DNA of 64,000 nucleotides, from NCBI GenBank assembly GCA_038890745.1, contig JAWAFD010000002.1, positions 183,130 through 247,129 on the forward strand. The letters are read 5' to 3'. Below are positions 10,071-20,800 of the stretch, in pieces. This DNA comes from Candidatus Anstonellales archaeon (GTDB taxonomy: Archaea; Micrarchaeota; Micrarchaeia; Anstonellales; J096). Both the position numbers and the translations under genes were made by a program. Below the pieces are notes generated by a model that saw nothing but the letters and a program-made list of their open reading frames with translations, had not been told where the DNA came from and did no database searches. The number at the start of each line of letters is the position of its first letter. Position 1 is the stretch's first letter.

Positions 10071-11828
10071 ATGAATGCGAAAGTGCTATTAGTTATATTA
10101 GCGTTGGTTCTGACGCTGGTTAACCCTACGCAATATGTAACCAACTCGAAGGATTGGAGGGATGTCTACCTGACCCTGCATTTTGCAGACCTTTCCGGAG
10201 AACAATCATTTTTTATCCGGAATGAGCTGCACGGAACAAAGGTTCTTCCTTACTTTATAAGCAAAAGCGAACCGGTAGTAATAGTTGAATCAGAAACAGA
10301 ACCATACGTACCAGATTACGAATCCTACCTAAGAACCCTCGGATTTAAAAATGTAACAACATTAAAGACCCAACACCCATACATTCTTCAGGAACAATTT
10401 TTAGAAATGCTAAAAAATAACAGCGTTCCTTTAACAGGTTTTGTTCTTATTGATGATGCTTATGGATATGATGCGGTAAGCGTTGCCCAGTATGCTTTCA
10501 AATACAAAAAATGGGTTTTGTTCACAACCAAAGAAAACAGGAACAGGATTTCATCTCTTTTGGAAGCAAACCCTGGCTATTCCATTCTTTTCTACGGACA
10601 CATGCGAAGAGAAATCGCAGATACCCTTTCAAAATTTAATGTTGAAAAAATAGACAACCAGAGCAGGTTCAAAAATAATATGGAGCTTGCGGAAAGGATG
10701 GTTAAGACAATAAATAGCCAGCAGATTCTTCTTACAAGCGGCGAGTACATAGAGCACGAGATCATGACCGGTGGGGATGGGAACGAAGTAATTCTTTTTG
10801 TTTCTTCAGACCGCTACCCGGAGGATATAATAAATTTCATACGAAAGCACAACATAAAATATGTTATCGTAGTTGGAAATGAGCTCATAAACACAGCAAG
10901 GGAGGTTAGGGAAGCGATGGGAGGAGAGATTACAGTAATAGCAAAGTATGGAATGGGTTTTGTGGGAGTTGCAGAACTGCAGGGCCAGATATATGCGTTG
11001 GACCTTTTCTACCTACCAAAATATCAGTTTAACCTTACTCCCATATCCGCAGTGTACAATCCTACTGCAAAAGAGCTTTACATCCGATTCAAAAACAACG
11101 GAAATGTAGGGAATTATTTCTACACTTCTGCGCCCATTGTTTTTGAGGATAGAACGATCACAACTGTAATAGATAAAGAAAACCAATACCTAGAGCCAGG
11201 TGATGAGAAGGTAATAGTCTACAGCGTGGATCTAACAGATTATATCAACAAAAAAATGTATGCACACCTTTATACTAAATATGGTGAGTCGCCTTATGAT
11301 ATGATGTATTATGTGCTTGAACCGGGAGCGGTGAGACCACCGTATAAACTACCGATTCTTGTTCAAGAATTTGTTGATAATTCAGAGCTTGAGATAACAG
11401 ATGGTTGGTACGATGACTTCTCAAAAGAATACATAATTCAAGTAAGCAACGTAGGTCCTGTTGATGCATACGCTAGAGGAGAGCTTAGAAATATTATAAT
11501 AGATGGTATTCCAACAACAAAAATCCAGAACGGCACGACTTTTATAAGAAAAGGAGAGACCTCTTCCATTCCAATAAAATTAGAGTTAACGGAAGAGGAT
11601 AAAGAGGTCAATAAGGTTGTCCATACCGTAGTCTACTACGGTGAAAAAGAGGATACTTTGATAAAAAGAGCAGAGAAGGATATTGAGCTAAAAGGAAATC
11701 CATGCATCCCGTCCATATTGTTGATAGTACTGCTGTTGATAGCTCTTATCATCGGCTACTATGTATGGAGAAAGAGAAAGGGGCATCATAGGGCAAAGGC
11801 TCACCACGAACACGCAGAAAGTAAGTAG
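10071..11828 (+). CDS. Membrane-anchored surface protein with cell-wall-binding-repeat-2-like alpha/beta domain and Ig-like domains
   Basis: Signal peptide, alpha/beta repeats (IDNQSRFKNNMELAE, ILLTSGE, VIVVGNELI), and a C-terminal TM helix followed by RKRK. Confidence 0.6.
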   Translation: MNAKVLLVILALVLTLVNPTQYVTNSKDWRDVYLTLHFADLSGEQSFFIRNELHGTKVLPYFISKSEPVVIVESETEPYVPDYESYLRTLGFKNVTTLKTQHPYILQEQFLEMLKNNSVPLTGFVLIDDAYGYDAVSVAQYAFKYKKWVLFTTKENRNRISSLLEANPGYSILFYGHMRREIADTLSKFNVEKIDNQSRFKNNMELAERMVKTINSQQILLTSGEYIEHEIMTGGDGNEVILFVSSDRYPEDIINFIRKHNIKYVIVVGNELINTAREVREAMGGEITVIAKYGMGFVGVAELQGQIYALDLFYLPKYQFNLTPISAVYNPTAKELYIRFKNNGNVGNYFYTSAPIVFEDRTITTVIDKENQYLEPGDEKVIVYSVDLTDYINKKMYAHLYTKYGESPYDMMYYVLEPGAVRPPYKLPILVQEFVDNSELEITDGWYDDFSKEYIIQVSNVGPVDAYARGELRNIIIDGIPTTKIQNGTTFIRKGETSSIPIKLELTEEDKEVNKVVHTVVYYGEKEDTLIKRAEKDIELKGNPCIPSILLIVLLLIALIIGYYVWRKRKGHHRAKAHHEHAESK

Positions 11829-11836
11829 TGGTGGAG

Positions 11837-14800
11837 ATGAATAAAAAAACAGCTGTTGCTCTGCTTGTTGCGATTGCGCTAGTGTTTGCTCTAACCAGCG
11901 AATACTCTATTTCCATCGACCGCTCAGAGTACTATGTTGGGGAAGCAGTAAACATTACAGTTACTATGCCCCTGAAGGTTTATGCAGTAAAGCTTTACAT
12001 AACGCTTCCCTCAAATGAGACTGAGGAAACCCCTGCTATAAGATGCCGTACCGGCCTATGCCTGTACCAGTATTTCCCGGATCAACCCGGCCATTATATA
12101 GTTGGTTTGTTTGACAGAAACATTTCGGTTGAGTTTGATGTTCTGCGGAATGAGAATGAAACAGCTCCTCCCCTGATTAACATCACACCCACCCTCCCCA
12201 GACTTTCTTACTATGATGAAAGAACAAACCTTACCTTCTTCTACTATCTCATCCCAACAGAGGAGGGATACGGAGACCTTATAATAGAAAATATCACTCC
12301 CCATCTTCCAGCTCTTGTTCTTAACAATTTCTCTCTAAATTCTTCGCTATTCATCCATGCCTATGAGCTTAATATTTCAGAAAACCAAACCATTCTTAAA
12401 ATAAAAAATTATTCCCAAAACATAAGTGAAAATATTTCTACGGAAGCAACCAACATTACAGAAAATCTTACGGAAAACATAACCGAAAATACTAGTGAAG
12501 AAATCGCGCTGGAAATAACGGAAACAAAAAACACCACAGAAGAAAACTTTTCTGAAATCATCAACGAAAACAACACAGGTTTAAACGAGACAGAAAATAT
12601 CACTGAAAATTTAACTGAAATAGAAAGCGAGACAGAGATCAGGAATCTTTACAATGTTATTTTTGTGAATCTTTCCGGCACGAACTTTTCCTATGCAGAA
12701 TACTACATTCTATTGGAATACGATACTCTTCTTTCCTGCGTCAATTTTACAAATGAAACCTGCGCGCTCTGGGAAAAAGCAAACTCCACACAAGATGGAA
12801 TTTTTGCAATTCTAAACTCAACCTCAGATTTCCTCGTTGCCGGTCAGCTTAACATATCCTATCCATTAGACATATCCGAGAATATTTCCTTGAATGTTTC
12901 GGAAGAGAATATCTCTGAGATAAACATCACTCCTCTTGAGGACGAGGTATACAAACAGCTTGAGATTGTTTTCATAGATATGGGTTTTGATTATTATGAG
13001 GATTTTTGGACCTATGATTCTGTTGAAGAGGAGGTTCAGGAGCTTTTAATACAGAATGCATTCTTTGTTGTTTATGATGAAAAAGGAGAGGGAAGGATAC
13101 CTGAATACATCATCTCTATGGTTGATGAAAAGCATGCGAATGTTGGTATTTTTAAACCCATCCAATCTGTTCCAGTCATCACATTTTATTCACTCTATTT
13201 AGATAAAGAGTTGAAAATGAGCGCCTATGATATAAACGACTCTGCGTTTGTTTTAGATACATATTATCTCTTTTATCCGTACGGCATAGTTTATGCTGAG
13301 AAAAAAGGCGAATATCTCTATTCCTGCGAAGATTTTTCCTATGACTACACATGTAGGACAGGGTTTAAAGAACTCAACTATACGCTACAAAAGGGCAAAG
13401 CGGTATTTAACATAACAAAGGAACAAAAACTATTTTTATGGACAGAAAAACCACTTACTATTCCTGGTGGGGAACAAAACGCCACAGAGCTCCTTCCCTC
13501 TATCAATATAAACATTTCAGATACTCGTGGAAAACAAAAAAATTATACCTACGAAATTTTAGAATACACTGGAAGATATGCCTCAGTAACTTTCTATTTC
13601 TCACCAGAAGAGCGGATTCATTCTATTACGCTTTACAACCTTTCTCTAAGCGGAGAGCCTTTCATATTGTTAGATGAATTTAGTAATAGTATTCTCTTGG
13701 TTGACCTTTCTAACTCTGATTTTGATTATTCTGTTGTGATTGCAAAGGATTATGGAGGAGACCTGTACAAGTGTAAAGAGTTTGATAAAAACTACTCCTG
13801 CTCAGGTGGATGGGAAAAATGGCCTTATTTTGCATCCGGTGGATACATAGTATTTAAACTCCTTCCTGAAGACCCGCTCTTTATTCAAACAATAAATCTA
13901 TCCACAGTAACTACTCTTAACATAATTGATCCGTTCGGCAATCCTGTAAACGGCTCCTATGAGATTTTGGACAATTCAACCGGTCTTGATGTCCAAATAA
14001 ATTTCAACTCCGGCCAGGTTTTGCAACTAACTATTTATGATATCCCAGATGATGGATATTCTCACACAATAGTTGTTGGGGATACTTTTGTAAATGATTC
14101 AGAAAACAACATGACCAATACTTTTGTAATAGACCTCTCAAACATTTCCTATAATTATTCTAATGTTGTTGCGAGAAATTCTGGAGGAGATTTATATAAA
14201 TGTTCCACATTTTCTTCAAACTTCTCCTGCCTTTCTTCCTGGGAGCTCTATCCATACACAAATAATGGAGTAAATCGTTCGTTTAATTTAACAGAAGGAG
14301 ATCCGATGTTTGGATATGAAAAAGAAGGAAACATTTCTATTTTTGATATTACTTCATGTACTGCGATTACAACTTCGGGCTATCACACTCTTGATAATAA
14401 CTTAGTAGGGAATACAAGTAATTCGATAGGTGGCTATTATTATTGTATTGCTATAAGGGTTAGTAATGTTGAGCTTAATTGTCAGAACTACGAGATAAGA
14501 GGAAACTCTGCAGGGAGTACTGTCGGCATAATAATATACGACCCTCCCCTTGCTATCAATCCTTTAACAAATGTTACAGTAAGGAACTGCAATGTCTTAA
14601 ACTACTCAAGAAACCTTATGATAGATTCTGCTTTGACAACCGATCATTCTCAAATTACCATCCGAGATTCTAGGTTTAACCTATCTTCTGGCAATTCAAT
14701 AAGAGTTGAGGATTGCGATGATTCTAATTTTACGAATTTGGTTGTTGATAGAACAAGCGATGGGGGTATACTATTCCTGACCGATTCTACTAATAATAGA

Positions 14801-17800
14801 GTAGTAAATTTCACTGGCTACAACTCAGCAAATTTTTTCATCATGGACTACAGCGGTTCAAACAACTTTACAAATATAACACTAAGAAACGGTGGATGGG
14901 CAGGGATATGGATAAGAGGAGTGGATAATTCAATAGTAGATGGTTTTGATATTCAAAACATAACAGAAAGCGGCGGAGTGGTATATGGTGGTATTTATGT
15001 TTCAAGTGGTGGCGATAATAATATAATAAGAAACGGAAAAATATACGATTTGGTTACCTATGGAATTCAAGTTAACGGAAGTTATAATAATACTATAACA
15101 AATGTTACAATATATAACTCTACTTCAGAAAGTGGAATATTCATTTATGAGGATACCGCAGATAACAACAAAATATACAATTCAACAATTTATAGGAATG
15201 CAGATTATGGAATATATGTAAATGGCGCAGATGACCTCCTTATATATAATACCAATATAGAAAACCATACCTCAGGATACGAGGTTTATCTTTATGCTCC
15301 AAGCAGTCTTGTTTCTGTAAGCAATATTTTAATTCAAAACAGCCGGTTTGTAAACAACAAATCCATAAATACGATGGGAATTAATGCAATATATGGCTCC
15401 AACATTACAGTTGATAACTCAACCTTTACAGGAATTTATATTGGTGCGTATTTCAACCAATCAAATACAATTACTATTAAAAATTCAACATTTTTGAGAA
15501 ACGGAAAAGCAGGGATATTTTTTGATTCCACAACTAGCTCTTCTGTTTTGGATAACGATATAAACGATACCTATTGGACTTCTGATGACCCAGGAGGAAT
15601 TTATCTAGGATTCTGCGATTGGAATTCAGTAAATTTTTACAAATTTGAAGGAGGAATAATTCTCTGCTACTCAAACTATACCCAAATTTCTTATAATTAT
15701 TTAAAAGGAAATGGAACATGCACAGACAATTGTATCGCTAACCACAATGGCTGCGAAGCAGGAATTTTTACTTACAACTCAAAACTAAACAATATTACTT
15801 ATAACATTTTCAGAAACTCAGGAGACAATTACGATTCTTTATATTTCTACTCTTACGATACAAACTATTGGTATAACGATCAAAACGGCACAGACCCATT
15901 AACAGGAAACAACAATGTAAATGATGGAATAAAATTAGACAATTCAAGAGGATTTAACATTTCTCACTCTAATTTCTCAAATAATCGTGAGTGGGGAATT
16001 TTTTTGACAAACTCTAACGATACTTACATCTACAACAATACTGCAAGTTATAATACCAATGTGGGTATTCGTTTAGCTAGCTCAGCAAACAACACAGTAA
16101 TCTACAACACAGCATTTAAAAATCAACAAGGATTTAGAGTTGAACAATTAGAAGCTATTAATAATATTTTCAAAGATAATACAGCATATAGCAACTCTTA
16201 CTACGGTTTCTACCTTTACTTTAGCTCCAACAACACCCTTTCCAATAACACAGCATATAGCAACTCTTACTACGGTTTCTACCTTTACTTCAGCTCCAAC
16301 AACAACACCCTTTCCAATAACACAGCATATAGCAACTCTTACTACGGTTTCTGCCTTTACTTCAGCTCCAACAACAACATCCTCTCCAACAACACTGCAT
16401 ATAATAACAATATTTATGGAATTTATCTTTATCAGAATGCAGACAACAACACAATTGTCAATAACACAATATATAACAATTCAATTTATCAACTACTTAT
16501 TAATGAAACCTATCCTTCTTATGATAACAAAATATACAACAACATCTTCAACGCTTCAGCGGGCCAAGGAGTAGTCTACGATTCAGGAACAAACTATTGG
16601 AACACCTCCTATGACTGCACAGGAACAAACATAATAGGTGGAGACTGCATAGGAGGAAACTTCTACTCTAACTACACAGGAGCTGATGATGGTTCAGGCG
16701 CAACCTATCCTCATAATATTGCAGGGGATGGAATTGGAGACAATCCAGATGACTACTATATCTATGGAGGAAGCAACATTGACTACCTTCCATTAACAAA
16801 TCTTAGAACTGCATGCTTCTATGCTGATACCTCAAACACAGTCTATACTTTAACAAGAAACCTCTATGGAAACAAATCAGACAGAATCTGCATTACAATA
16901 AATGCCTCAAACATTACTATAGATTGTAATGGCTACAATATTACAGGAACATACCCATACACAGGCTACACAATAGGAATAGGAAACTATGACTCAAGAA
17001 ACAATGTTACAATCAAGAACTGTTACATAACCAACTACACATTTGGGATATACGCAAACTTATCAAACCAATACAACATTACAAACAACTCATTAGTAGC
17101 AAACGGAAAAGCAGGAATTTTCTTTGATTCAACCGAAAACTCCACAATCTGGGATAATGATATAAACGATACCTATTGGACTTCTGATGACCCAGGAGGA
17201 GATTACTTCCAATTCTGCAACTGGAGTGCAGGGAATTTCTCAAGATTTGAAGGAGGAATAATTCTCTGCTCCTCAAACTATACCCAAATTTCTTATAATT
17301 ATTTAAAAGGAAATGGAACATGCGGTGGTGGCGGACCTGGCTGTGGGTCTAACCACAATGGCTGCGAAGCAGGAATTTTTACTTACAACTCAAAACTCAA
17401 CAATGTCACCCACAACACATTCAGAAACTCAGGAGACAATTACGATTCTTTATATTTCTACTCTTACGATACAAACTATTGGTATAACGATCAAAATGGC
17501 ACAGACCCATTAACAGGAAACAAAAATGTAAATGATGGAATAAAATTAGACCATTCAAGAGGATTTAACATTTCTCACTCTAATTTCTCAAATAACTATG
17601 AGTGGGGAATATTCTTTACATGGTCAAATGACTCCTACATATACAACAATACTGCAAGATATTGTGTAGGCTCAGGTGGAGTTGGTATTCGTTTAGCTCG
17701 CTCAGCAAACAACACAGTAATCTACAACACAGCATTTAAAAATCAAGAGGGGTTTAGAGTTGACTACTCAGAAGCTATTAATAATATTCTTAAAGATAAT

Positions 17801-20800
17801 ACAGCATATAACAACTCATGGTATGGTTTCCACCTTTCCTCCAGCTCCAACAACACCCTCTCCAACAACACTGCCTACAGCAACTCTTACTACGGTTTCC
17901 ACCTTTACTTCAGCTCCAACAACACCCTCTCCAACAACACTGCATATAATAACAATATTTATGGAATTTATCTTTATCAGAATGCAGACAACAACACAAT
18001 TGTCAATAACACAATATATAACAATTCAATTTATCAACTACTTATTAATGAAACCTATCCTTCTTATGATAACAAAATATACAACAACATCTTCAACGCT
18101 TCAGCGGGCCAAGGAGTAGTCTACGATTCAGGAACAAACTATTGGAACATTTCCTATGACTGCACAGGAACAAACATAATAGGTGGAGACTGCATAGGAG
18201 GAAACTTCTACTCTAACTACACAGGAGTGGATGATGGTTCAGGCGCAACCTATCCTCATAATATCTATGGAGATGGGATAGGAGACAATCCAGATGACTA
18301 CTATATCTATGGAGGAAGCAATGTTGACTATCTGCCATTAACGAACAACCAAACATTGTGCTTCTATGCTGATACCTCAAACACCGTATATACTTTAACA
18401 AGAAATCTCTATGGAAACAAATCAGATGGAAACTGTATTACCATAGTTGATTGGACTACAAACATTACAATAGACTGCAATGGGTATAATATTACTGGTT
18501 GGGGTGTAGGAAAGGGCATATTCTCTGCCTATTCAAGCCACAATACTATAAAGAACTGCAACATAAGAAACTATACCTATGCGATGGACTTAAGGGTAGG
18601 ACAAAACATTTCAGTTTTCAACAATAACATTACAAACAATACAAATGGAATTGCATTGATTGTAGACATAAAACATTCAAGGCTTTACAATAACTATTTC
18701 TATGATAACACTGGAAGCAGTTTTTACATGGTATATGGTTGCGATAATGTAAGTTTTTACAACAATACGATTGAAAAAAGTGGTGGTTGGGCTATTTCTC
18801 TCAGGGATACTACTACAAATTCAAGAATAGAAAACAACACTATTTTTAATGGAGATAATGTTGGTATTGGTCTTTATCCCAGCGACACTCTAAACAATAC
18901 AATAAAAGGAAATAGCATATATAACCAAGGTTCATATGGTATATATCTTAGTTCTGGCACTAACAATAACACAATTTCAGATAATATTGTTTATAACACT
19001 ACAAACTACCAAATTGCTATATCTTCTTCTAGCGACAACCTTATCTACAACAACATCTTCAACGCTTCAGCGGGCCAAGGAGTAGTCTACGATTCAGGAA
19101 CAAACTATTGGAACATTTCCTATGACTGCACAGGAACAAACATAATAGGTGGAGACTGCATAGGAGGAAACTTCTACTCTAACTACACAGGAGTGGATGA
19201 TGGTTCAGGCGCAACCTATCCTCATAATATCTATGGAGATGGGATAGGAGACAATCCACCAAACTATTCTATATACGGAGGAAGTAACTGGGATTATTTA
19301 CCACTTACCAATAACATAACTTATGCAAGATGCTTTTATGCAAACATTTCAAACACTGTTTATACGCTATCAGGAAATCTCTATGGAAACAAATCAGACA
19401 GAATCTGCATTACAATAAATGCTTCAAACATTACAATAGATTGCAATGGATATAATATTACTGGCAACCACTCGCTTACTGAAAACACTATAGGAATAGG
19501 AAGCTATGTTGGATGGGAAAATGTTACGATACAAGGCTGTCATGTGAGTAATTATACATACGGCGTATATGCGTATTCGTTTAATAACACGCTAATTGAT
19601 GAACTGAATTCTATCAGAAATCATTTTGGAATTTACCTCAATCAAACAACGAACTCAAACATTACAAACAGCAAGATAGAAGTTTATAATGAAACCGCAT
19701 GGAGTAGAGGAATCTATCTAGTAAATTCAAGCGGAATAAGAATTTCATCTTCTCATATAAACCGAACAGGTTTAACCTCTGCGCCATGGGCGATTGGAAT
19801 TATGCCGTGCGCTACAAACGATACTATAATTGAAAGTTCAAACTTTACAGATAGACTAACAAGGTCTATATTTGTAAGCATATGCAGAGAAGTCGACGGG
19901 ACAGAATTCCAAGCACCGACCTATAATCTTACAATAAAAGATAATCATTTCTGGAATACAGAAACTGTTATAGCCCTATGGGTTAATTATAACACTTCAA
20001 TAATCAATAACACAATTGAGTATTACAGAGGATATGGAATTGTTTCTGGGTATTTAGGTCTGCCAGGTGAATATTGGGATTTGCTCATAGAGAATAATAC
20101 AATAAGGAACGCTACTAATTGTCTAGATGACCCATCCTACTCAGGCCATATGACCGGGATATACATAGATACAAACAGCGGAGGATGGACGGTTAGGGGA
20201 AACAGAATAGAGTACATGCCTACATTGGGAATAGATTTGGATGGAGTTGGAGGGTATTCTTATGATATGCTTTTTGAAAATAATGTGTTCAATCATACTG
20301 GAGAGAATGATTATGGAGCGGGATGTAATCCAACTCCAAATATGGGTGGCGTTTATTTTGGAGGGATTGAAAATTCAACAGTGCAGAACAATATTGTTGA
20401 GAATTTTGGTTCATCGATTGGAATAAATTTTTGGTGGAGGGAAAACCAAAATGTTTTGGTTCAGAATAATACTGTTTTCAATGGGAATGCAACGGGAATT
20501 GGAGGGTCTGGAACTCAGAATAACATAACAGTTCGGAATAATACTGTTAGTTTTGCCCGAGCAGGTATTGGATTCAGTTCTACAAGCAATTCAGCTTTTT
20601 ATAATAACACAGTACACGATAATACTAAAGAAGGTATCGCTATTTCAAACGGGTATAATAATACATTGCAGGACAATCTTGCCTATGCGAATATGTACGG
20701 CATTTCGTTGAACAATGTTGTTAACCATACTTTGTTGAATAACAATATGACCAACAACCGATATAACTTCTATATAGAAGGTTCCAGTGTTCCACACTTT

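Noticed and set aside
15500..19450. Diversity-generating retroelement TR/VR pair
   Set aside because: Differences between repeat copies are not confined to adenines and include indels. Both copies are in-frame coding, and no reverse transcriptase is in the window.
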